64,000 nt of DNA, taken from Mobula hypostoma. Its lineage: Eukaryota. The stretch is from assembly GCF_963921235.1 (NCBI RefSeq), contig NC_086108.1:40984001-41048000 (forward strand), read 5' to 3'. Position numbers and translations under genes: made by a program. Below the pieces are notes generated by a model, which saw nothing but the letters and a program-made list of their open reading frames with translations, searched no databases and was not told the DNA's origin. This document shows positions 13,094-24,800 of the stretch, piece after piece (within the stretch, counting starts at the first letter, position 1; the number at the start of each line of letters is the position of its first letter).

Positions 13094-13385
13094 AAGTGGT
13101 TAATGCTGTTCGTCTAGTGATGCGAAGGTCGCTAGTTCGAGCCTCGGCTGAGGCAGCGTGTTGTGTCCTTGAGCAAGGCACTTAACCACACATTGCTCTG
13201 CAACGACGCTGGTGCCAAGCTGTATGGGTCCTAATGCCCTTCCCTTGGACAATATCAGTGGCGTGGAGAGGGGAGACTTGCAGCATGGGCAACTGCCGGT
13301 CTTCCATACAACCTTGCCCAGGCCTGAGCCCTGGAAACCTTCCAAGGCACAAATCCATGGTCTCATGAAACTAATGGATGCCTAC
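13094..13385 (+). mobile_element. tRNA-derived SINE
   Basis: A/B-box-like head (gtggttaa...agttcgag) then 'gtgtccttgagcaaggcacttaacc' typical of fish SINE2 bodies. Confidence 0.7.
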
Positions 13386-13825
13386 AAAAAATCCTTAAAA
13401 TTAGTTAATTGATAAAATGGTTTTATTGTCGCATATACTGAAGTACACTAAAAAAACTTGCCCTGCCTACTGTCCATACAGATTATTTTATTAGAATAGA
13501 CCACTGAGATAGTGGAAGGTAAAACAATAGCAGATTGTAGAAGGAAGTGTTCTAGCACAGAGAAAATGCAGTAAATACAGACAGTAAGGTGCAAGGTTAT
13601 AATGAGGTATGTTGTAAGGTCAAGCCCATTTTATTGTACTGGGAGAGCATTCAGTAGACAGATAACAGTTGAACTGAAGCTGTCCTTAACTCAGATCGTA
13701 AATGATTTCAGGCTTTTACATCTTCTGCCTAATGGGAGGAGGAGAAGAGGGAATGTCCAGTGTGGGTGGGGACTTTGATTATCTTGGCTGCTTTCCTAAG
13801 ACAGTGAGATGTATAGACAGAGTCC

Positions 13826-14738
13826 AAGGAGGATATCCCACCACCAAGCACATCTTTCTCTCCCCCCCAACTTTCCTCTTTCCTCAGGGATCACTCTCTA
13901 CACAACTCCCTTGTCCACTTGTCCCTCCTCACAGATCTCCCTCCTGCTACTTGCAAGCAGAACAAGTGCTACACCTGTCCATACACCTCCTCCCTCACTA
14001 CCATTCAGGGTCCCAACAGTCCTTCCAGGTGAGGCAACACTTCACCTGTGAGTCTGTTGGGGTCAGCTACTGTATCCAGTGCTCCCGATGTGGACTCCTG
14101 TATATCAATGAGACCCAGTGTAGATTGGGCGACCGCTTTGCCAAGCACCTTCAGTCTGTCCACCACCAAAATCGGAACCTCCCGGTGGTCACTCATTTCA
14201 ATTCTACTTCCCATTCCCATTCCAACATGTCAGTCCATGGCCTTCTCAACTGTCACGATGAGACCACACTCAAGTTGGAGGAGCAACACCTTATATCTGG
14301 GTAACCACCAACCTGATGGCATGAATGTCAATTTCTTGAAATTCCAGTATTTGTCCCCATCCCCTTCACCATTCCCATTCCCATTTCCCTCTCTCACCTT
14401 CTCTTCTTGCCTGCTCACTACATCCCTCTGGTGTTCCTTCCCTTCATTTTCTTCCATGGTCTTCTGTCCTCTCCTATCAGATCCCCCCTTCTCTAGCCCT
14501 TTATCTCTTTCTCCAATCAATTCCCAGCTCTTTACTTCACTCCTCCCACTCCCGGTTTCACCTATCACCTGCCTCCTTGTACTCCTTCCTCCCCTCCATC
14601 TGTCTTCATACTCTGACTTCTCCCCTTCCTTTCCAATCCTGATGAAGGGTCTTGGCCTGAAATGTTGACTGTTTACTCTTTTCCACCGAGTAAAAGAGTC
14701 CACAGAGCCTGCTGAGTTCTTCAAGCATTTTGTGTGTG
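13826..14738 (+). mobile_element. Penelope-like element 3' part (GIY-YIG endonuclease + pLTR with hammerhead-like motif), inserted in a Rex1 copy
   Basis: 'GVSYCIQCSRCGLLYINETQCRLGDRFAKHL' GIY-YIG; CTGATGA...GAAA at 14639-14662. Confidence 0.85.
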
Positions 14739-14739
14739 C

Positions 14740-15437
14740 CGCCAAGGAGGAGAGGCTGGTTTCTGAGGGAAGAGTTCACAACTCTTAGTAGGTATTTTGC
14801 AGTCATGGGCAGAGCAGTTATGATATCAAGCCATGACGCCTTGGGATAGAATGCGTTCTACTGGGGCATCCATAACAATTGGTGAGGGTCGAAGAGGTTA
14901 TGTCCGATTTCTTTAGCTTCCTGAGAAAGTAGAAGTTTTGGTGAGTTTCTTGGCCATGACATCAATATGATTGGACCAGGACAGACCATTGGTGATGTTC
15001 ACTCTTAGGAACTTGAAACTCCCAACCCTCTCCCATCAGCACCATTTATATCAACAGAAGCTTGTGCATTGACCCTTCCTAAAGTTCCTTTGTTTCACTG
15101 ACATTGAAAGAAGATAGTCATCATAACACTGTGTCACTATCTCCTTCCTGCAGTCCATCATTATTTGAAATATGGCCCAATATGGTGGTATCATCAGCAC
15201 ATTTGTGGATCGAGTTAGAGCAGAATCTGGCTCTGCAGTCATGACTCATCGGGAGGAGAATAGGAAGATGAGGATGCAGCCTCATGGGGTGCCAGTGTCA
15301 AGAAAAACTGTGGCAGCCGTCTTGATGCTTATGCTTACTGACTATGATCTGTTGGTCAGAAAGTGAAGGAGCCAGTTGCAAAGAGAGGTGTGGAGTCCCA
15401 GGTCTAAGAATTTTGTGACAAACTTGCTTCGAATTGT
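14740..15437 (-). mobile_element. Decayed Rex1/Babar RT fragment; its 3' UTR lies at ~13415-13825
   Basis: Reverse strand reads 'SKFVTKFLDLGL..LCNWLLHFLTNR' and 'FKFLRV', colinear with 6688-8556. Confidence 0.75.
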
Positions 15438-16042
15438 TGTGACTGTGATCAAAGTCACCGGAGAGACACTGAAGCTGAACATATAGAAGTTTTTATTCAG
15501 CACAACAAGTAGGTATCATTCTCTTCTCCGTGGATTGTCACCTTGTCGTGGTGGAGAAGCCTGTGATCCCGAGAGCAATGCCGTCTGGAGCTATGCTCCT
15601 GGTAGGGTCACCCATGGTGGTAAGGTCGAGGGTGAGGTCCCTGACAAAGAACAATCCAACCAAGATCTCAACGGTGGAATAGGAGGACGAAGTTACTTCG
15701 AACTCAACGGCTGTGAAGGCGGATGAAGGCTGCAACAAATCTATCAGCTCCAGTCGTCGTGGTTTCCATGCCATTGGAATCAGTTGGTTGATTTGTAAAG
15801 TATTGTGTGCTTCTTGGAGTGCAGCATCAAGTACACATTAAACAAATACATGCACAGGCGTCTTCACTCTGTGGGCCACTTCAGAACGAAGACGATCAAA
15901 GGATAGCCATGACGAGATATCATTCTGGGGACATTCTCAGTAGAGGCTCACAAACCCAAAAGTGTATCACATTTTTATATCTTTAAGATCAAAGGAAAGA
16001 AACTATAGGTGATTCAATCCAAATTCAATAGATACAATGACA
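15438..16042 (-). mobile_element. Solo LTR carrying an internal insertion
   Basis: TGTGAC...ATGACA termini, TTGT flanks (15434-15437 and 16043-16046), minus-strand TATAAAA (~15973-15979) and AATAAA (~15492-15497). Confidence 0.6.
15523..15917 (+). mobile_element. Short RTE-derived non-autonomous retroelement
   Basis: 9-bp TSD TATCATTCT (15514-15522 and 15918-15926); head 'caccttgtcgtggtggag...ctggtagggtcacccatgg' resembles RTE (Rex3/Expander-type) 5' UTRs. Confidence 0.7.
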
Positions 16043-16613
16043 TTGTTTACATCAATACTTTGGGTTGACAAATGGTTCCTTTGGTCTGTGGAGCAGCTTG
16101 TACTTTTAGCTTCAATTTACTGCTTAGGATATACAAAAAAAACGAAGACTAATTACAAGCTGCTGAATTTAATTGCATTTACAATAAGAACTGAAGCTTG
16201 GTTCTTGTTTGAATTAATATCTGCTATGTTTACATAACCCCAGAACACTCCCTAACATACCCTCCTCAGCCCCTGGACAGAAATCTGCCCCAGAAAGTGT
16301 CTGATTAAGTGGGGCAGTGAAAAATTGCCCTCTACTTCGAATCCCTTCTCCAATTACAAGCCCATGTGTACCTACATCTACACTATCTAACACCCCTAAT
16401 TGCCTATGTACATGTCTATGCAGAGACGGCAATCAAATTTTCCAGAAATTTGATCACATCTTCTTTGCGCCTTCAATCTCCAATAGATAGAACTGTAGTG
16501 GCTGTCAGTCATTACTCTGTGGGCAGGGTCACAGCAAGGTAACTTTTTACAGATTCACAAACAGCAGTTTACATTCCATGCCATAACTAAGGGTTATCAG
16601 AATGATCATAACA
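16043..16613 (-). repeat. Direct repeat A (putative truncated 3' LTR/U3 of the ERV)
   Basis: Colinear with 27150-27735 (e.g. cccctggacagaaatctg, ccagaaatttgatcacatc, gtagtggctgtcag, cattccatgcca); minus strand begins TGTTA. Confidence 0.6.
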
Positions 16614-16936
16614 ACCAGTCATTTTGATTGATCTACAGGAGGATTTGGAGTAGTGTCCATTCAAATAGCTGTAAGGATCTTGGCCTGGTGCACACCGTCC
16701 TGGACTGTCCTTTTGACCCCTGGCCCAACTAGTGGCTGCTTTCAGACGCTATGTGCGATTTCTTCTCTCTTTCTCAGTCTGCCTCGCCATCGAGGTTGTG
16801 GGACTGGCTGTTTCTGCCTTAACTCGGATCTCTTCCCATCTATTTTCCCCAGTCTATACAACTAACCATCTGCCTCCAAGAACCAGCCTTCATTACAAAG
16901 TATCATTACCATTATATCAAAAAAGGGTCTAGTGCT

Positions 16937-18088
16937 TTCCCAGTGTGTATGATGAATAAACTCTTCTCGAGCTTCCAGCCAGGTACAAATATAGATTGCA
17001 ACCAATGTTTCGATGACAAACTCTGCCATCTTTTCAGGGATGATGCCTGGGCATGTCTAGCCCAGTGGTATATATAGCCCCATCATCCGTCCCTCCTGAT
17101 TGGTTAGTCCTCATCCAATCAGGTTTCCACTCTCCCACCTTGTTTACAATCAAATTCCAGTTCTTACTTAAAGTGAGACCTTCATCTTTGTTAAAATTCT
17201 TTTTCTTAAATTCTTAAATTTCTTAAATTTAAATTCTTAAATTTCTTTTTCTTTTTCCACTGTGGGTCTCATCTGGCCTATATACACTGCTCCATATTCA
17301 CAGGGAATCCTGTAAATGTCTGCCACCCTGAGTCCCAGGTCATCTTGTGGATGGTATCAATCCAGTATTTCTTCAGAATCCTGGCCATCCATCCAGAAAC
17401 TGTGGAACTATAGGGAAGACAGGCGGTAGTGACAGGTTCCTCCTCGTTGTTAGATTTGCTGTTTTTTTTGGTTGGCCTTTTTAAGGGCCTGATTGATTTA
17501 CTTCATCTTGTGGCCATTCTGTAGGAATATTGTGCGTAATGGTGTTACTTCCTCATGGAGACTCTCCAGGTCCAAAATAGTTCCCACACAGTTAATCGAA
17601 GTAGGAAGACCCGCTGTATGTTGGGAGGTGTAATGGTGGATGTTACTGTTGAGGTATAAGTCCGTATGAGTGGGTTTCCAATAGGTGTCATGCCCAAGGC
17701 TACCATCTGGTTTCCGCCATATTAGAATGTCTAGGAACGTGAGGCAACCATTCTTGTCTATCTCCATCATAAATTGAATGTTTAGATGTATGCTGTTCAG
17801 ATAGCCGTGGAACTGTTGGAGCGCCTGGACTCCATGAGGCCACACTACGTAGATGTCATCGATGTATCTGAAGAAGCATTTGGGGCATCAGGGCGATGAA
17901 TTCAGCTCCGTCTACTCAAAGTCCTCAATGTAGAAATTAGCAATAGCTGGCAACAAGGGTAATCCCATGGCTATTCCATTTGTTTATTCATAGTAGTTCC
18001 CCTCATAGAGGAAGTATATTGATGTAAGGATGTATTCAAGAAGGTCAGTTGGTACCCTTGACCACAGGAGGACCAAAGTGTCCTTAAT
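16937..18088 (-). mobile_element. Penelope-like element (RT + GIY-YIG + pLTR), decayed; short inverted RT fragment follows at ~18089-18250 (+)
   Basis: 'GIAMGLPLLPAIANFY', 'FFRYIDDIYVVWPHG', 'LTFLDILI', 'YWKPTHTDLYL', 'IYRIPCEYGAVYIGQ'. Confidence 0.9.
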
Positions 18089-18335
18089 GAGAAATTGCTA
18101 ATTCCTACACTGTCTTTGAGGAGAGGGCGCTGATTTCATCAGTCTTATGCCCCAAATGCTTCTTCAGGTATGTTGATGACATCTTCGTAGTGTGGCTTCA
18201 TGGACTCAGGCATGCCAACAGTTCCATGCCCATCCGAACATCATACCATGAAGCGCAAATGAACTCGGGAGTCCTTGTGCAGGATTCCCTAAAGGTCAAT
18301 TTGCAGGTTGAGTCTGTGGTGAGGAAGGAAAATGC

Positions 18336-21100
18336 TATTAGTGAAACCTGGTTGCAGGAGGAGTGTGATTGGCAACTAAATATTCCTGGATTTCACTGCT
18401 TCAGGTGTGGTAGAAATGGAGGGGCAAGAGGGGGAGGTGTTGCATTATTTGTCAGAGAAAATATTACAGCTGTGCTTTGGCAGGATAGATTAGAGGACTA
18501 TTCTAGGGAGGCTATTTGGGTGGAATTGAGGAATGGGAAGGTGTAGTAACACTTATAGGGGTGTATTATAGACAACTTAATGGGGAGTGAGAATTGGAGG
18601 AGCAAAATTGTAAGGAGATAGCAGATATTTGTAGAAAGCACAAGGTTGTGATCGTGGGAGATTTTAATTCTCCACACATAGACTGGGAAGCCCATTCTGT
18701 AAAAGGGCTGGATGGTTTGGAGTTTGTAAAATGTGTGCAAGATAGTTTTTTGCAGCAATACATAGAGGTACCAACTGGAGAAGGGGCAGTGTTGGATCTC
18801 CTGTTAGGGAATGAGATAGGTCAGGTGACAGAGGTATGTGTTGGGGAGCACTTCGGGTCCAGTGATCACAATGCCATTAGTTTCAATATAATTATGGAGA
18901 AGGATAGGACTGGACCCAGGGTTGAGAGTTTTGATTGGAGAAAGGCTAACTCTGAGGAGGTGCGAAAGGATTTAGAAGGAGTGGATTGGGACAACTTGTT
19001 TTATGGGAAGGATGTAATAGAGAAATGGAGGTCATTTAAAGGTGACATTTTGAGAGTACAGAAACTTTATGTTCCTGTTAGGTTGAAAGGAAAGGTTAAA
19101 AGTTTGAGAGAGCCATGGTTTTCAAGGGATATTGGAAACTTGGTTCGGAAAAAGAGAGAGATCTACAATAAATACGGGCAACTTGGAGTAAATGAGGTGC
19201 TCGAGGAATTAAAGAATGTAAAAAGAATCTTAAGAAAGAAATTAGAAAAGCTATAAGAAGATATGAGGTTGCTTTGGCAAGTAAGGTGAAAATAAATTCA
19301 AAGGGTTTCTACAGTTATATTAATAACAAAAGGATAGTGAGGGATAAAATTGGTCCCTTAGGGAATCAGAGTGGACGGTTGTGTGCGGAGCCAAAGGAGA
19401 TGGGGGAGATTTTGAACAATTTATTTTCTTCAGTATTTACTACAAGTAGGGAAGTTATGGAAACTATGATGATTAAAGAAGAGGATGTACTGGCGCGTTT
19501 AAGGAATATAAAAGTGGATAAGTCTCCGGGTCCTGACATGATATTCCCTAGGACCTTGAGGGAAGTTAATGTAGAAATAGCAGGGGCTCTGACAGAAATA
19601 TTTCAAATGTCATTAGAAATGGGGGTGGTGCTGGAGGATTGCCATATTGCTCATGTTGTTCCATTGTTTAAAAAGGGTTCTAAGAATAAACCTAGCAATT
19701 ATTGGCCTGTGAGTTTTACGTCAGTGGTGGGTAAATTGATGGAAAGTATTCTTAGAGATGGTATATATAATTATCTGGATAGACAGGGTCTGATTAGGAA
19801 CAATCAACATGGATTTGCGCGTGGAAAGTCATGTTTGAGAAATCTTATTGAATTTTTTGATGAGGTTACTAGGAAAGTTGACAATGGTAAAGTGGTGGAT
19901 GTTGTCTATATGGACTTCAGTAAGGCCTTTGACAAGGTTCCCAATGGAAGGTTAGTTAGGAAGGTTCAATCGTTAGGTATTATATTGAAGTAGTAAAATG
20001 GATTCAGCAGTGGCTGGATGGGAGATGCCAGAGAGTAGTGGTGGATAACTGTTTGTCAGATTGGTGGCCGGTGACTAATGGTGTGCCTTAGGGATCTGTA
20101 CTGGGTCCAATGTTGTTTGTCATATATATTAATGATCTGGACGATGGGGTGGTAAATTGGATTAGGAAGTATGCAGATGATACTATCATAGGTGGAGTTG
20201 TGGATAATGAAGTAGATTTTCAAAGCTTGGAGCGAGATTTAGGCCAGTTAGAAGAGTGGACTGAAAGATGGCAGATGGAGTTCAACACTGATAAATGTGA
20301 GGTGCTACATTTTGGTAGGACTAATCAAAATAGGACATACATGGTAAATGGTAGGGCATTGAAGAACGTAGTAGAACAGAGGGATCTAGGAATAATGGTG
20401 CATAGTTCCCTGAAGGTGGAATCGCATGTGAATAGAGTGGTGAAGAAAGCTTTTGGTATGCTGGCCTTTATAAATCAGAACATTGAGTATAGGAGTTAGG
20501 ATGTAATGTTGAAATTGTAGAAGGCATTGGTAAGGCCAAATTTGGAGTATTGTGTACAGTTCTGGTCACCGAATTATAGGAAAGATGTCAACAAAATTGA
20601 GAGAATACAGAGAAGATTTACTAGAATGTTACCTGGGTTTCATCTCCTAAGTTATAGAGAAAGGTTGAACAAGTTGAATCTTCATTCTTTGGAGCATAGA
20701 AGGTTGAGGGGGGACTTGATAGAGGTATTAAAAATTATGAGGGGGATAGATAGGTAGAGTTGACGTGGATAGGCTTTTTCCATTGAGAGTGGGGGAGATT
20801 CAAACAAGAGGACGTGAGTTGAGAGTAAAAGGGCAAAAGTGTAGGGGTAACTTGAGGGGGAACTTCTTTACTCAGAGTGGTAGCTGTGTGGAACGAGCTT
20901 CCAGCAGAAGTGGTTGAGGCAGGTTCGATGTTGTCATTTAAAGTTAAATTAGACAGCTATATGGACGGGAAAGGAATGGAGGGTTATGGGCTGAGTGCAG
21001 GTCGGTGGGACTTGGTGAGAGTAAGAGTTTGGCACGGACTAGAAGGGCCGAGATGGCCTGTTTCTGTGCTCTAATTGTTATATAGTTATATTATATGGTT
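18336..21100 (+). mobile_element. CR1 LINE ORF2 (APE+RT, several stops/frameshifts) nested inside another CR1
   Basis: 'ISETWL', 'VGDFN', 'SSDHN', 'YMDFSKAFDKVP', 'KYADDT'; own 3' tail at ~21075-21100. Confidence 0.93.
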
Positions 21101-21756
21101 ACATGTTGGCATTCATTTCAAGAGGACATGAATATAAAAGAAAAGATGTAATGTTAAAACTTTATAAAGCAATGGTGAGGCCTCACTTGCAGCATTGCGA
21201 GTAGTTTTGGGCCCCTTATCTTTGAAAGGAGGTGTTGAAACTGGAGAGGGTTCAAAGGAGGTTCATGAAAATGATTCCAGGATTGAATGGCTTGTCACAT
21301 AAAGAGCATTTGATGGATCTGGGCCTGTATCCACTGGAATTCAGAAGATTGAGGGGTGACCTAATTGGAATCTATCGAATAGCTGAAAGGCCTTGACTGA
21401 GTAGATGTGGATGAGGAAAGGATGTTTCCTATGGTGGGAGAGTCTAAGGCATGAAGACACAGCCTCAGAAAAGAGGGGTGTCCTTTTAGAATAGAGATGA
21501 GGAGAAATTTCTTTAGCCAGAGTGGTGAATCCGTGGAATTCTTTGCCACGGGCAGCTGAGGAGGTCAAGTCCTTATGTATATTTAAGGCAGAGTTTGATA
21601 GATTCTTAATTAGTCAGGGCATGAAAGGATACGGGGAGAAGGCAGGAGATTGGGGCTGAGAGGAAAATTGTATCAGCCATGTTGAAATAGCAGAGCAGAC
21701 TCGATGGGCCAAATGGCTTAATTCTGCTCCTATATCTCATGGTCTTATGGTCTTAT
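21101..21756 (+). mobile_element. CR1 3' end; its upstream part is 18262-18335
   Basis: 'LGVLVQDSLKVNLQVESVVRK.NA' at 18262-18335 continues as 'MLAFISRG' at 21103; (ATGGTCTT)n tail. Confidence 0.85.
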
Positions 21757-21879
21757 TTGGTCTGTTTCTATCAGTTGCGGTCAGATGTGATGCAGCAGGC
21801 TGGTGTTCTCTGTGATGCTCTGTGATGACACTGTTAATGGGTGCACTTGTTTTGTCTGTGAGAGTGACAAGAAGGTGAA

Positions 21880-24800
21880 TCATACTGTTTATCCTGAGTC
21901 CAGTGTTTCACCGGCTGCCTCGCCAGGTCTGCCCGCAAACACAAGTGTCATTTGTCAGGAGCATCAGCTGTGGTCCTATTTACCTGGGAGCGAACCTTGC
22001 CTTTTCGGCAGCTCCCTTATCGTGACTTGGTTTCCCGGCTGTGGGAGGATTATCTTCTCTCCCTCTGGCTCTCTCTGATCAGCAATGTGTTGCTGTTGTT
22101 TTACACAGTCCTTTGGCACTTTAAGCTGGTTACAGGGCTCCCTTATATACCGGGTCATTTTATCCCTGTAATTTCAAGGTTCACCACAACCAGGAGTCCT
22201 CCCGCAAAGGAGTATCATCGCTGGCCCCGCCATGGGGGTCAGAACTAGCAAGCAGCTTGTGGATGCTTGCATTCTCAGCTGGATTCCTGGCTAAACATCA
22301 GCCCGTGTATTCCCGTCTCTGTTATAGTTTTAGCTAAGGCAGATTAGGTTGTTTGGTTCATCCTTTCTATCATTCCTGAGCTCTGAGGGAGTTAGGATAC
22401 ATGGAATCATTGTCGAATCCCCAACAGTCTGCACGTTTCCTTCATCACTTCCCCTGTGAAAAGCACTCCCTGATCCGAGTCACCCGGACTAGGGCTCCCC
22501 ACCTGGAGAGGATCCCCTGTGCTAAAATCCGTGCTGCTGTGCTGGTGGTGCAATCTCTCGTTAGGAAAACCTCTACCCATTGGCTGAAGTGGTCCATGAT
22601 CACCGAACTGTAGCTTCTCCCCTGCTTTTTGGCCGGGGCTCCATGAAGTCTGTCTGGTTGTTTTCACAGCCCCCTGGCTGTGGCTGGTTGGCCAATTGCA
22701 CCTTTTATGCTCTTACTTGGGTTATGCTGGGCACAAATGATACAACAGTGACAAAATTTCTCAACATACCTGCCCATACCTGGCCACTACTAGTCCCGCC
22801 AGAGAGTCATGGTCATGCTGTTTCTTCCAAGATGCATTACCCCATGATATACTGTAACTTCAGTAGTATCTGCCTAATACTAGGACCACAGTGACTCCTT
22901 CCTTCCCATGAGTCTGGCTCCCACCTGATCCCTCCCTTGTTCCCTCTCTCCTCCATTTCTCCTTCTCCCCTGCCTCCATCTTTTCAAATAGTTTTACTAA
23001 ACTGGCTCCAGTAGTTTCTTCTTGCACACTTGTAACAGCTTCTGCTGTCCATTTTGCCCTCATGCCCGCCCATCCATTCCCTTTCTGCTCCTCACTCTCC
23101 CCTTCCTGGTGAGCCTTTACTTTAATCACTGCAACCTTGACCAGCAGTTGTTGTATTGGGTGCCCATGCCAAATACCTGCCCCGTTGTGGGTACAAATCC
23201 TCATCGTGCCCACGCCATCAGATAATCATGTACCATCCCGGAGCATACCTGCTGTTTGTATATATATTTCCTCGACTGCCCTTACTGCAGCTCAGTGTGT
23301 TTATCAGAGCCACCAGTTCCACCACCAGAGCTGAGCAACCTCCTGGCAACACTCCTGCAGCTAATCTCTCATCTATTTCCTTCACCATGGTCCACCCAGT
23401 CAGTGGCTTCCCATCTATATACCTCCAAGACCCATCTATAAAAAGTTCCTCTGTTTCCCCTTTTAGAGTTGTTTCCATTCACACCAGTATCTTCCTCCTG
23501 CTCTACTTCCATTTTACACGAGTGTGCCTTCCTCTCTGTTAGGATAGTGCTTGCAGGGTTCATTCCGGTGTCCCTAACTATTGTTACTGACTTGCCTTTG
23601 GGGATGAGAACTGCCTCCCAGGCTACCCTTCTGCTGTTGGTGACTGCTCTCAGCCTCCCTGTGGTCAGGAGCTCTACAATGGTATAGGGTGTGTGTAGTA
23701 TGAGTTGTCCCATCACCCTAACAGGTTCACTTAATCACACAGCCCACGCTGTAGCCTTAAGCCCAATTTAACTTCTGCATCAAATGTGTGCTCTGGGTAC
23801 CGTGTACCCTACGCTGTAGGGTGATGTGCACCTCCACAAAAATGTAACTCACGCGTCGTGGCGACGCAGACTGCAACAACTGTGATTGGTCTGCTTGGTA
23901 GCATCGCATTTCCTCCTACACATTTCCGGTTGCTTTTCTCTGCCACGACTGTACACTGATGTGAAATAAATGGTTGGAGACCATGAACCAAATCGTCAAA
24001 TCTACCTGCGGATATCCGAAAATATTTGAAATGCATTTCCTCATCCATGTCTCTCATGAAGAAACTCAACACAGTGGCATAGAAACCCCACCGCCAACTG
24101 GCATTTTGGCGGTGAATTGCAGAGTGACGCAGGCACAACTACGCATGCTCGCTACGGCAAAGGGCTACGCAAAAGTATAGATCAGGCCTACGGCGTAGCC
24201 CGTACGCACATGTATAAATCAGCCTTAATGCTGCTACACAGTGGGGAAATCCTGCTACAACAGATGCATGCCTTGTTAAATAATATGCCACTGATCTTCT
24301 TACATCCCCATGGCCCTGCACCACCACTGCGTTGTAATACCCTCCCTCATTGCTGCAGTAAATGTGAAAGGGGTGAGTCACCTCAGGTAACCCTTGCACA
24401 GGTGCAGAGTTCAGGGCTTTCCTGATATCTGTAAAAGCCTTTTCCTCACCTGGCTACCATTTTTCCTCCCCCAGAGGGGGCTTCCCTCCTTCTATTAAGG
24501 CCTGTATCGGGGCCACTAGTGCTGAGAACCCTGGTATGAAAACATGGCAGTAACTGGATAGACCCATTTACTTTCCTCACTTCTCTTACGTTGAATGGGC
24601 GGGGCATGGAGCTGATTGCAGAACATTTATCATCTGACATGTCCTTCCCGCCCTGTGAAATCATGTATCGTAGAAACTGCATAGTTTTCCCCATCTGAGC
24701 CTTGTGTGGGCTGGTTTTAAACCCCTCATTCCACAATATTTCTAAAACACTGGCTATTGCCCCTAAGTGACTTACTTCTTCCTCCGAGGCAGTTAGTAGA

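Noticed and set aside
14048..14745. 206-aa and 171-aa ORFs
   Set aside because: Low-complexity pyrimidine/purine tract of the Penelope 3' region; open by composition.
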